A stretch of DNA of 64,000 nucleotides from an uncultured Spirochaetota bacterium. Lineage in GTDB: Bacteria > Spirochaetota > Brevinematia > Brevinematales > JAOACQ01. Under the pieces are notes generated by a model. The model was not told the DNA's origin, did no database searches, and saw nothing but the letters and a program-made list of their open reading frames with translations. The translations under genes and the position numbers were made by a program. Where the stretch lies: contig CAWIGG010000002.1 in the NCBI GenBank assembly GCA_963835575.1, forward strand, positions 1,696,001 to 1,760,000, read 5' to 3'. Below are positions 10,483 to 20,739 of the stretch, one piece after another (positions within the stretch are counted from its first letter, which is position 1; the number at the start of each line of letters is the position of its first letter).

Positions 10483-11709
10483 TTAAATCCAGCGAAGGGC
10501 ATCTACTATCTGAAGCCGTGCCGCGCGGAATGCCGGATAAAATCCGGCAGCCGCCGCTGTTATTGAAAAAAGCAGCCATAACCAGAGCGCCTGAATAAGA
10601 TCCGGCTTGAAAAGCGCAATATATCCTCTGGCCTGACCCGGAGGCGGCGGAATGGGAATGCCGCCCAGCGTATTGAACAGGAACGCCAATCCATAACCCG
10701 CGATGATACCGAAAAACCCTCCGATCAGACCGATCAATAAGCTTTCGGATATGAATATTTTCCCAACCTGGAACCTTGTTGTCCCGAGCGACCTGATGGT
10801 GCCGATTTCCCGCACCCTCTCCTGCATGGCAAGATTTAAAGTATTGGTGATCGAGAAGATCACGACTAATATAATAATCATCATCATAAGCATGTATACC
10901 AAATCATAAAACAACTTCGGCTGGGTGTACTGCACTCCCGCCAGCTGACGCCAGTCGAGGTATTCCAGTCCCATTTTATCACAGAGCTTCCTGATGGACG
11001 GCTCTATTTTCTGCAGGTCTTCCGTATTATTTAATAATACAATGACCCGGTCCGCTGAGCCGGGCAGGTTTAACAGGTTCTGTATTGTTTTCAGGTTGGC
11101 AAGCATCAGCACATCATCGTAAGCTTTTATCTGCGCTCCGATTATGCCGGTAATATTCAAATCCACAGCGTTAACACCGCCGCCCTTTATTGTCGACATG
11201 ACCGTAATAGAATTCCCCACACCCGCATTTAATTTCCGGGCGACACCGCTTCCGATCATAACCCCATAAGGCTTTTCATCCTTCAGAAAGGACCCGTCTT
11301 TTAGGGTCGCAAAAGTATTCAAGCCCTGCTCTTCCCTGGAGAGGCCGGCCATGCCCAGAACAATGGCGCTTTTCTCGCCGGATGAGACAATCCCCTGGAA
11401 ACTCAGACGCGGAGCAAAAAGCTTAATCCCCGGTATCCGGGCCAGTTCCTGTAAAACCGCTTTATAATTGGTAATCAAATATTTATAGGGTTCTTCATTA
11501 CTGTGTTCGAGATAACCTTTCCGGTATAACTGAAAGTGCCCCAGCCCGCCGTTAATCAGGGATTCCCTCAAGCCCCAGAGCGTATGGGACATGAATCCCT
11601 GCGCCAGAAGGCATGCGCCCAGCCCGATCACAATGGTCAGCATCGTCTTAACAGAACGCCTGTAGTTTTTCAGGAGGTTGCGGAGCCCCAGTTTAATATA
11701 AAACAGCAT
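10483..11709 (-). CDS. ABC transporter permease (FtsX/LolE/MacB-like), paralog of the adjacent gene
   Basis: RNLLKNYRRS, ERVREIGTIRSLG; same DALRWI C-terminus as the neighbour. Confidence 0.9.
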   Translation of the reverse strand: MLFYIKLGLRNLLKNYRRSVKTMLTIVIGLGACLLAQGFMSHTLWGLRESLINGGLGHFQLYRKGYLEHSNEEPYKYLITNYKAVLQELARIPGIKLFAPRLSFQGIVSSGEKSAIVLGMAGLSREEQGLNTFATLKDGSFLKDEKPYGVMIGSGVARKLNAGVGNSITVMSTIKGGGVNAVDLNITGIIGAQIKAYDDVLMLANLKTIQNLLNLPGSADRVIVLLNNTEDLQKIEPSIRKLCDKMGLEYLDWRQLAGVQYTQPKLFYDLVYMLMMMIIILVVIFSITNTLNLAMQERVREIGTIRSLGTTRFQVGKIFISESLLIGLIGGFFGIIAGYGLAFLFNTLGGIPIPPPPGQARGYIALFKPDLIQALWLWLLFSITAAAAGFYPAFRAARLQIVDALRWI

Positions 11710-11712
11710 AAT

Positions 11713-12384
11713 TCATCCCGCCTGCCGGACCAGTTCGCCGTCAAGTATATGGATTATCCGCTTGGCGTATTTTGCGACCATGTCGCTGTGAGTAGAAAAA
11801 AGGAAGGTGACATTATGACGGGCATTCAACTCCAGGAGAAGCGATATGATTTTCCCGCCTGTTTTTGAATCCAGATTTGCGGTCGGTTCATCCGCGAGAA
11901 TTATATCAGGGTCCGTTACAAGAGCTCTCGCGATCGCCACCCTTTGCCTCTGCCCGCCGGAAAGCTCATCCGGCCTGTGCTTCATATAATCTTTAAGCCC
12001 GACGGATTCAATCGTCTGCATCACTTTTTCTTTGTTAACTTTCCCGCCCCGTATCATCAGCGGATATTCTACATTTTCATACACATTCAATACAGACATC
12101 AAATTGAAACTCTGGAAGATAAAACCGATATGCCGGTTTCTGAAAACGGATAATTTATTATCCTTCATCTTCCGGATCTTTTCACCATGGATCTCGACGT
12201 CCCCTTCCGTCGGATTGTCCAGACAGCCGATGATGTGCAGAAGAGTGGATTTACCGGCCCCGGACGGGCCCATCAGGGATATAAAATCCCCTCTTTCGAT
12301 ATCCAGGTTCACATTCTTCAGCGCTGTGATCTCCACTTTATCCATTTTATAAATTTTTGATACATTCTTCGTACAAATCAGCAT
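11713..12384 (-). CDS. ABC transporter ATP-binding protein (LolD/MacB-like)
   Basis: [17 protein letters not shown] and [11 protein letters not shown]. Start moved to the ATG at 12384, which follows an AGGAGA RBS. Confidence 0.93.
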   Translation of the reverse strand: MLICTKNVSKIYKMDKVEITALKNVNLDIERGDFISLMGPSGAGKSTLLHIIGCLDNPTEGDVEIHGEKIRKMKDNKLSVFRNRHIGFIFQSFNLMSVLNVYENVEYPLMIRGGKVNKEKVMQTIESVGLKDYMKHRPDELSGGQRQRVAIARALVTDPDIILADEPTANLDSKTGGKIISLLLELNARHNVTFLFSTHSDMVAKYAKRIIHILDGELVRQAG

Positions 12385-12513
12385 ATTTCTCCTCTTTAAT
12401 TCCAACTTAAAAAATTGTAACAAAAAGATATAATAAATGCAAAAAAATTCTATTTATAACAGGTTTTTGTTTGATACTGCAGGTTATCCTGTAATGACAG
12501 ACATTAGAGAATC

Positions 12514-12545
12514 TTATCTGCCCATGAATTTCCATGGGCAGATAA
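12514..12545 (-). terminator. Hairpin after the P13-like gene
   Basis: TTATCTGCCCATG-aatttc-CATGGGCAGATAA, a perfect 13-bp stem. Confidence 0.6.
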
Positions 12546-12558
12546 TTGAAAATTAATG

Positions 12559-13221
12559 TCAGAAACTGTATGACAGCAGATTCATGTGAAAAAGTTCGGG
12601 CGATACCCTTGACGTACTTATATTGTCAGCCGTCATCCTGTGATCAAACTCGATTGAATCGATAGCTGTAATTCCAAGCCCGGCTTTCAGCTTATTATTA
12701 TAGCCATCGGCATACAATAAAGCGCTGGCAGTAGAATAAATCTCAAATCCTATCATAAGCACTAAACCGGCTACCATAACATAAAGGCCGCCAGTATCAA
12801 CCGTATTGTAACTGCTCGCACTTGAGCTGCCGGTCGCAGAATACAAGGAACTGTAAAATTGCACATAACCAACCATATAAACAACAGTACTGCCGGCAAA
12901 ACCGGCCACACTGACAACACCGCCGACACTGTCGCCGACAAGCCAGTTGCCCAATGAAGGAACTACAAGACTCAACCATCCAAGAGGACGGATCTTTTTG
13001 TTTTCATCAAACAGCGTCATTTTTGACTCTTCGTTCAATTTTGAAGAAACAGTCTGCATTTGTTCCACTCCGCCTTTTTCCAGGAAAACGCGGGAATCGA
13101 TCATAGATTGAGTTTTGATTATACCATCATCACCAGCCGATGCAGATGTCTTGTCCTCAGCAATGGCTGACAGCGGCAATAATACAAACATTAAACAACA
13201 CAGGCACAGAATTCCTTTCAT
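12559..13221 (-). CDS. P13-family-like membrane/porin protein
   Basis: Signal peptide; KMTLFDENKK...LGWLSLVVPSLGNWLVGD resembles the Borrelia P13 pattern (recognised from memory); C-terminal Phe. Confidence 0.55.
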   Translation of the reverse strand: MKGILCLCCLMFVLLPLSAIAEDKTSASAGDDGIIKTQSMIDSRVFLEKGGVEQMQTVSSKLNEESKMTLFDENKKIRPLGWLSLVVPSLGNWLVGDSVGGVVSVAGFAGSTVVYMVGYVQFYSSLYSATGSSSASSYNTVDTGGLYVMVAGLVLMIGFEIYSTASALLYADGYNNKLKAGLGITAIDSIEFDHRMTADNISTSRVSPELFHMNLLSYSF

Positions 13222-14043
13222 GTTAATCCTCCATATAAAATATCAACTTAAAATTCTAATGAATTCAATTTTAAAAATCAATATATTTATAATTCTTATA
13301 ATAATACCGGATGTCCATTCAAATTTTGTAATAATTTTAAATTAAATTTATTTAGATAATATATCGTCCTAGGCTATTGCTGTTTTAAATTTTTCAATAC
13401 ACATAAAAAACATGCCTGTGGAGTCCATAGGCATATGATTAAACATTTTAATTAGAAGCTGTAAGACAGCAGATCCATATGAAATATCTCCGTTGCAGAT
13501 TTTTCTTTATTCAAGTCCTGTAAAGCCGTCTTATGGTTGTACTCGATGGGATCGATTTCGGTGATGCCGAGACCGGCCTTCAGCCTGGTGTTGTAATTGT
13601 AGAATAGGCGCTGGCAATGGAGTAGATATCAAAGGACAACGAAATCGCCGGATAGATCATCATAATCACATATCCGACTAACAGGTTATCCATATTTTCT
13701 GTAATCACAGCCGAAATTAATATTCCATAACCTACAGTAAATACCGCAAGACCGGTCACGTGACCGACAATGGTGGTAACGGCGCCGTCTTTATCCCCTA
13801 CAATCCAGTTCCCCAGCGAAGGCAGCGCCAAATTCAGCCATCCCCATGCACCGTACTTCTGGTTCTGGGAATAAAGCATTTCCTTCAAATCGCTGTCCAG
13901 GTTCACCGAGACCGATTTCATTTTTTCCGCACCCCCATTTTCCAGAAAAACACGGGAATCAATCATAGATTGGGTTTTAATCAGGGCATCATCCCCGGCG
14001 TTCTTATCCTCAGCAATGGCTAAAAGCGGGAATAATACTAAAA

Positions 14044-15327
14044 GGGCGGTTTGAAAAACCCACGTATCATATACAAATAGTATATAAAAACATATAATCA
14101 TAGTCAAAGAAAACAGAGGTAAGGCTATGACAAAAATTAAGCGGAAAGACCGTAACTTGTTTGAATATCAGGAGCGGATGGAAAAGCTAAGCGGCGTAAA
14201 AACACCGCTGGATAAGCTTAACAGGGTTGTAGACTTTGAGATGTTCCGGCCGCTGTTAACAGAGATTTTGGCGCCGAAAGAGCAGAAGGCGCCGGGCGGA
14301 GCGCCACATTATGACTATGTTTTCATGTTCAAGATACTGATATTCCAGAGGTATTACAATCTTTCCGATGAGCAAGCGGAATTTCAGATCAATGACAGGT
14401 TATCCGTTCAGCGATATCTTGGGATAACACTTTCGGACAAAGTTCCGGACTACAGTAAAATCTGGGAATTCAAGGAAAAACTGATGAAAGCGAAAGCAAT
14501 AGAGAAACTTTTTAAAATATTCGATGAGAATCTTGAGAATAAAGGTGTGATAGGGAAAGCGGGCGTTATGGTAGACGCAAGTTTTGTGGATGTTCCCCGG
14601 CAGAGGAACAGCCGCGAAGAAAACAAGAAAATAAAAGAAGGCGAGGTTCCGGAAGATTGGAAAGATAATACGCATAAGCTTTCCCATAAAGACACGGATG
14701 CGCGCTGGATGACCAAGAATAAAGAGAGGCATTACGGATACAAAAACCATACAAAGGTTGATGTGAAGTCAAAACTTATTCGTTCTTATGTCACGACAGA
14801 TGCGAGCGTTCACGATTCACAGGTAGTTGAACCTCTATTGAATGAGAAAGACAAAGGGAAGCCGTTTTACGCGGACAGCGCATATGTTGGCCCAACGGTA
14901 GCAGGAATATTAGAAAAATTTGAGATGAAAAACCGGATTCACGAAAAAGGATACAGAAATAAGCCATTGACGGAGAAGCAGAAAGAAAAAAATAGAAGAA
15001 AGAGCCGCATCCGAGTTCGTGTTGAGCATGTTTTTGGTTTTGTTGAAAATAGTATGAACGGCAGTACAATACGATCGATAGGAAAAGAAAGGGCAGAGAG
15101 CCAAATCGGGCTGATGAATCTGGTTTATAATTTAGCACGGTATGTTGTGGTAAAAGGTCGAATTGCGTCTTGTGCGGCTTAAAATGCAGAAGATATGGAT
15201 AATATTGCCCGTGTTTGGCTGAATTTTGGTAATAGAAACAGTTTTTAACCTGTTGGCAGAAATATTTTGAAAATATTTTCTATTATCAGGGAAGTGTTGA
15301 TAAATTAGGCGGTTTTTAAAACCGCCC
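14044..15327 (+). mobile_element. IS5-family insertion sequence
   Basis: 17-bp terminal inverted repeats GGGCGGTTT(G/T)AAAAACC with 1 mismatch; 5-bp target duplication TAAAA. Confidence 0.92.
14127..15182 (+). CDS. IS5-family DDE transposase
   Basis: YNLSDEQAE, MVDASFV, DTDARW, YGYKNH, YADSAY and RVRVEHVFG motifs. Confidence 0.93.
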   Translation: MTKIKRKDRNLFEYQERMEKLSGVKTPLDKLNRVVDFEMFRPLLTEILAPKEQKAPGGAPHYDYVFMFKILIFQRYYNLSDEQAEFQINDRLSVQRYLGITLSDKVPDYSKIWEFKEKLMKAKAIEKLFKIFDENLENKGVIGKAGVMVDASFVDVPRQRNSREENKKIKEGEVPEDWKDNTHKLSHKDTDARWMTKNKERHYGYKNHTKVDVKSKLIRSYVTTDASVHDSQVVEPLLNEKDKGKPFYADSAYVGPTVAGILEKFEMKNRIHEKGYRNKPLTEKQKEKNRRKSRIRVRVEHVFGFVENSMNGSTIRSIGKERAESQIGLMNLVYNLARYVVVKGRIASCAA

Positions 15328-15511
15328 TAAAATTAAAACTTGTAAGCACAGAATTCTCTTCATTCTAATCCTCCTTGGTTACACATATTTACAACAATAT
15401 TCTAAAATAATTATAAAAAGAGGGAGAATATTTTTCAATCTGGATATATGAACACGGACAATTCTTTTTAGAAAAAGATGAAAATCGAATAAAAAACACC
15501 TGGTGATAGGC

Positions 15512-16271
15512 TTAATTCTTTTCCGGCAAAAAAAGTTTTTTTGCCGGATCAGATTTTATAAAATCTGAAAAAGCGGCGTTCCAGGCATCCCAGTCATGGC
15601 CTCCTTCAGCCCAGAAAACCATATCCGGAGATAGCGCACGGGCCACTAGATCCTGCATTCTATGATACCGGTCATCCTTTCCTGCCAGAAAAAACTATCC
15701 TGGGGTATTTCCCTGATGCATCCTGAATACAGTTTTTGAGATAAACCCAGGTATCCCGGACATAATCCAATCCCGGGGTACCTTTTGATTCCCACTTGAG
15801 CAAACCGCCCGCTTGAGCTATTTCATTGACGATTTGTCCTTCTTCAATATAAGGGCCGAGCAGAATAATTCCCTTAATTTTTCCCGGATTTTTCTGCCCA
15901 TAAAGCAATGCGCCGAATGAACCCATGGAATTTCCAATAAACCAGTAGTTCCTGTATTTTGAAAGTTCGGGCCTTCCAAATACATCTGTATTAAGCCGTA
16001 TAAGGAGCGACCTGTCTAAATAATAGGGTAATTCGGCATCCACCGATACGCAGTCAACCGGAAGCCCGCTGGTCCTTATAATTCTAAGAAGTCCCTGAGA
16101 ATCAAAATCCGTCAAATCGCTTCCCCGGCCCGGAAGAAAAATCAGAAGATTATCCTGTGTTTCTGAAGGTTTGAAAAGATAGCTTTGCGATCGCAAGTAT
16201 TTTGTGGAAAAGCATGAAAAAAAGAGAAAGAATACAAAGATTATGGCCAATAGAATATATTTCTTCATCAT
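15512..16271 (-). pseudogene. Alpha/beta hydrolase lipoprotein with a +1 frameshift
   Basis: FLPGRG and GNSMG motifs. Removing one base from the A6 run at 15689-15694 restores LAGKDDRY...EGGHDWDAW...PEKN*, which includes the presumed catalytic His. Confidence 0.75.
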
Positions 16272-16442
16272 AACCTCCCAAAAAAATATTTTGACTAAAT
16301 CCGGGGGAAAAATAATCTTGCAAATTTTATAATTAAAGATAGAACTTCTTCTTTCTATGTCAAAGAAACATCGGATTTTTTTACAAAGCAGTTAATGACG
16401 GTTTAAGGTATTTAGCGTTCACATTATACGGAAGGGTTTAAT

Positions 16443-17183
16443 CTAATTGTTTTCCCGAAGTATTTTTTGAATAGCCTGCCGAGTTTTATCCCGCATCGCG
16501 GTGATTTCCAGCTGACGGTCGCCATGCCCGGACGGATAAATGGGGTCCAGCAGGACCAGCTTGATACGGCTTGGAGAAATACTGCGTCTGCCGGGCGCCA
16601 TAAATTTTCCAGCGCCGAGTATACAGACCGGCACAACAGGGTATCCGGTTTCCATGGAAAGAGCAAAAGCGCCTTTTTTAAAACGGCCCAGACGGCCGTC
16701 GCGGGAACGATGTCCTTCCGGCCACATAATCAGTGAAACGCCTGATTTCAGCAATTCCGTTCCTCTCTGACTGATCCGCTCCCAGCCTTCATGAGCACTG
16801 ATATAACCGGCAAGCCGCATGAGCGGGCCATAGACGGGAATTTTAAAAGGCCATGATGTAACAAAGCAGGCATTTATCAATAGAGCGCCGAACAGATAAG
16901 GATCTATTGCAGAGGTATGATTGGCAACCAGGATGCATGGTTTGGGGAATTTTCCCGCTCGATACTCGACCCTGGCAGGGGCAAAAAAAGGTACCATACA
17001 GACGAGCATCCACCCGTATATGCTGATTCCCCACCTGAGCGCATGATCAATGGTCCGGCCCAGGAAAACGGCAAAAACCAGAAGAATAAATGGAAGAACA
17101 GCCAGACCCAGAATTGTCACAACTATAAACATGGGCCAGTAATAGATATTTAAAAGTATTTTCTTCATGATCACCGCCGTCAT
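16443..17183 (-). CDS. Lysophospholipid acyltransferase (PlsC family)
   Basis: NHTSAID (HxxxxD) and WPEGHRS motifs. Confidence 0.88.
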   Translation of the reverse strand: MTAVIMKKILLNIYYWPMFIVVTILGLAVLPFILLVFAVFLGRTIDHALRWGISIYGWMLVCMVPFFAPARVEYRAGKFPKPCILVANHTSAIDPYLFGALLINACFVTSWPFKIPVYGPLMRLAGYISAHEGWERISQRGTELLKSGVSLIMWPEGHRSRDGRLGRFKKGAFALSMETGYPVVPVCILGAGKFMAPGRRSISPSRIKLVLLDPIYPSGHGDRQLEITAMRDKTRQAIQKILRENN

Positions 17184-17186
17184 AAA

Positions 17187-17972
17187 TTATTTTCCGGTTT
17201 CAAGTATAAATCCTTTCTCTTTGAGAAACCGGATTGTTTCTTTCAAAGCATGCACCGTGGATTCCCTGTCATTCCTGCTCCAGGGCAGTATTCCGTCATG
17301 GAACATTATAATGGAAGGGGACTTTAACTTTCTCTTTATTCTATCAAATATTTTTTCTGCCGGGACTTTGGTATCAAGTGTCCGGATATCCCACATAACC
17401 GGTATCAAGTCCAGGGTTTTTATGACTTTGGCGATAACAGGATTTTTATGACCGATGGTCGGGCAATAGTATTTCGGCTTTATGCCTGTAATATTTTGTA
17501 TAATGGTATTTGTCCTGGCAATTTCTTCCAGAACCCTTTTATAACCGAATAAAAGTATGTTAAAAGGGTGCGAATAGGTATGGTTGGCGATTATATGATT
17601 TTCTCTATGCATTCTTTTAATAATCTCCGGATATTGTTCCGCTCTTTTTCCCATAACGGCAAAGAGAGCATGAATTCCCTCTGATTTAAGAATATCGAGG
17701 ATCTGGGGAGTATAGACAGGGTCCGGCCCGTCATCAAATCTCAATAAAATTCCGGGTTGATCATTAAAATATTCCTTTCCTTTTACTGTGTTAATGAAAA
17801 AGTTGGTTCTTGAAGAAAACATGCCGTAAATATAAAAAGCCTGCTGAAAACAAATGATAAGGATGATCCCAATTAATAAACACATATATGAACTGAATAC
17901 TACAGATAATAGAATTACAATTAATAGTCCGCAAAAGGCCGCTATTATTGTCAGATTAAATTTGGAAATCAA
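17187..17972 (-). CDS. Membrane-anchored polysaccharide deacetylase (NodB family)
   Basis: RFDDGPDP, NHTYSH and IIMFHDG motifs. Confidence 0.88.
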   Translation of the reverse strand: MISKFNLTIIAAFCGLLIVILLSVVFSSYMCLLIGIILIICFQQAFYIYGMFSSRTNFFINTVKGKEYFNDQPGILLRFDDGPDPVYTPQILDILKSEGIHALFAVMGKRAEQYPEIIKRMHRENHIIANHTYSHPFNILLFGYKRVLEEIARTNTIIQNITGIKPKYYCPTIGHKNPVIAKVIKTLDLIPVMWDIRTLDTKVPAEKIFDRIKRKLKSPSIIMFHDGILPWSRNDRESTVHALKETIRFLKEKGFILETGK

Positions 17973-17984
17973 AATTCCTCCTTC

Positions 17985-18350
17985 TTAATCCTGATCTGGA
18001 TGATCTGATTTCCCAAAATAACCGGGAAACAGCGTTTTTACTAATTTGGCAAAAAAATAAACGGGGTATTTGATACAATCTTTCCCGGCCAGGGCGAGCC
18101 CTATGAAACCAAGAATCCAGCTTGAAACGTAAACAAAAGAACTGCTTATTAAACCGGTTGATATTTGTTTATTGATTCCTGAAAAAATCATTATCAAAAC
18201 CGGGGCCCCATAGCCGATAATAAAGGAAAAAACGAGTATAAAAATCCCGATCCGCATCATAATGGGCAGACTGGAAAAGGGCATTTTATCAAGCTTTTTC
18301 TCAACTTCCAGGTTTACCCACTCTTTAAATTTACTTTGCTGCATAAACAA
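17985..18350 (-). CDS. Hypothetical two-TM membrane protein
   Basis: Two hydrophobic segments; overlaps the methyltransferase end within the operon. Confidence 0.65.
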   Translation of the reverse strand: MFMQQSKFKEWVNLEVEKKLDKMPFSSLPIMMRIGIFILVFSFIIGYGAPVLIMIFSGINKQISTGLISSSFVYVSSWILGFIGLALAGKDCIKYPVYFFAKLVKTLFPGYFGKSDHPDQD

Positions 18351-18966
18351 ATAAAAGAATCCCTTTGTTAAGGAAGTTTTTAAGACACAAATCCGTCAGC
18401 TCTTTTACTGCCAGGCCATTATCTGTAAGAAGCATTTTCATTCTCCTTTTGCTGAAAGCATTCATAAAAATCCCCTGTCTGAAATAATTTCCCAGTCTTC
18501 CCCACCACCGCCAAAAGGTGTCATGAGCCGTTGTTAAAATGAGATGCCCGCCCGGGGCCATAAGGCCGGAAATTTTTGCAAACAGGGCTTTTGCATCCTT
18601 AATATATTCTATGGCGGAAAAGCTGGTTATGATATCAAACTTTTCTTTAAAAGGGATTTCCATAAAATTACCGCAGATCTGTTTAATATTGGATATCCCC
18701 TTCTCTTTTGCTTTTTTAGACATAATGTCAAGCATATTTCCGGAAATATCTACTGCTGTAACCTGTCTTACCAATGGCGCGGCTTCCAGGGTAAACCTGC
18801 CTGTTCCGGCCCCGATCTCCAATAAAGAATGGTTTTTTCCGGCAATCTTTTTAATGGCGTCTAATGCGATTTCCCATTCCGGAACTCTGACAAAGCCGAA
18901 TTCATCCTGCTCCTTATCATAAACAGACGCATTGGTATTGTAAAAATTTTGAACTTTACTTTCCAT
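18331..18966 (-). CDS. Class I SAM-dependent methyltransferase
   Basis: LLEIGAGTG, AVDIS and LMAPGGHL motifs. Start placed at MESKVQ (18966) because the longer ORF reads into a palindromic non-coding element. Confidence 0.85.
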   Translation of the reverse strand: MESKVQNFYNTNASVYDKEQDEFGFVRVPEWEIALDAIKKIAGKNHSLLEIGAGTGRFTLEAAPLVRQVTAVDISGNMLDIMSKKAKEKGISNIKQICGNFMEIPFKEKFDIITSFSAIEYIKDAKALFAKISGLMAPGGHLILTTAHDTFWRWWGRLGNYFRQGIFMNAFSKRRMKMLLTDNGLAVKELTDLCLKNFLNKGILLFVYAAK

Positions 18967-19067
18967 AAACCCCAATAACCTTTCTTTGATAAAATAATCT
19001 CTCCGCTGATATACAGAATTCCGCGCTGTCCCTCGGCAGGTTTGGTTCCCGTCATTCAACGAGTCCA

Positions 19068-19283
19068 CAGGCTGTACAAAAAGTCGAATTTTTTACTAAA
19101 AGTGAACTTTTTTTTTAAAAAAATTAATTAACCACAAAGCTCACTGAGAACACAGAGATATTATAACTTGTTTTTACCAATAAGATAAAACAATTCACTC
19201 TGTGTTCTCCGTGATCTCCGTGGTAAAAATATTTGATTTTGGATATCTGTTCATAGCTAATTCAATAGTTTTTACACAATCTG
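19068..19283. mobile_element. Putative MITE with degenerate IS1182-like ends, carrying a REP-like inverted pair
   Basis: Left end CAGGCTGTACAAAAAG and right end (reverse complement) CAGATTGTGTAAAAAC match the IS1182 TIR CAGACTGTGTGAAAAA at 11/16 and 13/16. Confidence 0.45.
19131..19224. repeat. REP/REPIN-like inverted pair of a 27-bp unit
   Basis: ACCACAAAGCTCACTGAGAACACAGAG (19131-19157) and an inverted copy at 19198-19224 (23/27). The same unit (24/27) forms the IS1182 target at 53614-53626/55331-55344. Confidence 0.7.
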
Positions 19284-19432
19284 TCACCAACCAAGCACAG
19301 TCCCCCGGTTTAAACGAGGGAGAAACACCAACCAAACCGGGTCGAGGAATAGCGCATCGCTTTGCCATGAATTCACTTTTCAATTTTTTAGAATTCAATA
19401 ATTATACTATCATGACAGTAATAATGCAAAAA

Positions 19433-20341
19433 TCAATATCCAAGCCTAATACCAGTATTGATATACATTCCCGATGAAAGGAAATCCTTACCCGCTTCCA
19501 CATTTAACTTGAACCAGCCTATCGCGATTTCCATCCCTGCGGAAAATACAAGCCCCTGGACTATTGAATTATCAGGGAGGAAGTTATCGGCGTTCTGAAT
19601 GAGCGAACTGCTGCCGGCGAATCCGGTCTGTGCCTGACCGAAAAGGCAATAATAATCCAGCCTTCCATAGAAATTAAACATGAAAAGCTGATTGTCCGCG
19701 AAGATCTCCAGGTTTAATCCGTTGTAATTCCAGCCCGAATTGAAATTCCCGGTATATGAAGCGTTCGTCCCTTCGATGACCGCCGATTGATTCATTTGCC
19801 TGCTCAGGGACCCGGATGTATAGCTGTACCCGGTCCCGGCATAAAGTCCGGTCATAAAAAGCGCGTCTTTAAGAAGATGGTAATAGAGGCTGGCGCCGAT
19901 CTTGAAATTATTCACGCTCGCGTTTTTAAAATTCAAGGCCGGAAGGAAGGAGACATCAATAGTTCCCAGAAGATCGGCCGGAAATGCCGCCGCGAGGGAA
20001 AGATTGACAGCCGGCATGTCTTCTCCGCTTCCGTAAATATTCTCCAGCGGTCCGAAGAGAGGGTACTGAGAATTGTCGATATTATAAAAAAACAGAGGGG
20101 CAACAGCATCGCCGAAAGACAGGTCCGCGGAAAAGGTTATCTGCCCCGGCACCCCTAAAACAGGTTCCGCTTTCTTCATATTGAGGTAACAGCAGATTGT
20201 ATCCCGTATCAGCCGGTTCTGAAAAGACATAAGCGCGGACTGTTCCCCGGCCAGGTCTGTACTGTCATAAGCCGTAACGATGGAAATTGAAAGCGTTCCG
20301 ATTATCGACAACATAAACCCGGTTTTAATAAATGCATTCAT
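19433..20341 (-). CDS. Secreted probable outer-membrane beta-barrel protein
   Basis: Signal peptide; amphipathic strands; ends YINTGIRLGY. Confidence 0.6.
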   Translation of the reverse strand: MNAFIKTGFMLSIIGTLSISIVTAYDSTDLAGEQSALMSFQNRLIRDTICCYLNMKKAEPVLGVPGQITFSADLSFGDAVAPLFFYNIDNSQYPLFGPLENIYGSGEDMPAVNLSLAAAFPADLLGTIDVSFLPALNFKNASVNNFKIGASLYYHLLKDALFMTGLYAGTGYSYTSGSLSRQMNQSAVIEGTNASYTGNFNSGWNYNGLNLEIFADNQLFMFNFYGRLDYYCLFGQAQTGFAGSSSLIQNADNFLPDNSIVQGLVFSAGMEIAIGWFKLNVEAGKDFLSSGMYINTGIRLGY

Positions 20342-20374
20342 ATTCGTCCTCCGGACGGTCTGTGAATATTATCA

Positions 20375-20665
20375 TCAGAATATCCTGATTATATAAGTGT
20401 TTAATAGAGATCCTAAATAGATCAAATAAGATAAACAGGTGATAATGAGTAAAATAATACTGCCTGTTTTCCTGTTCTTTATAGTTCCGGCTATGCTCCA
20501 GACAACGCATAATAGACCGAGAGAGATTTCAAAAACGAAAAACGCAACAGACAAAACCGAGCGCAAGCGGGATGAAAAATTTATGTAAAACAGTGTAATA
20601 TATACGGGCCATATAAGCAGCGCGAAGAATATAAAAAAAACAAAGACCTTGATAACCTTTTTCAT
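20375..20665 (-). CDS. Small hypothetical membrane protein
   Basis: Three hydrophobic segments; GGAGG RBS. Confidence 0.6.
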   Translation of the reverse strand: MKKVIKVFVFFIFFALLIWPVYITLFYINFSSRLRSVLSVAFFVFEISLGLLCVVWSIAGTIKNRKTGSIILLIITCLSYLIYLGSLLNTYIIRIF

Positions 20666-20739
20666 AATGAAATCCCTCCTATAATAAAATCAATCGTTAT
20701 TAGTGTTCCTGCCGTGACATTTTCACCGGCTTTTTAATA

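Larger units (their letters stand above)
13452..15363 (-). pseudogene. P13-like paralog disrupted by IS5 and a frameshift
   Basis: ATG at 15363 with AGGAGG RBS gives MKRILCLQVLIL, which joins VLFPLLAIAEDK across the IS. A second frameshift near 13600 continues as YNTRLKAGLGITEID...FHMDLLSYSF*, matching the neighbour's C-terminus. Confidence 0.85.

Noticed and set aside
13580..14107. 175-aa ORF as an independent gene
   Set aside because: It is a chimera of the IS5 end and the broken P13-like paralog.
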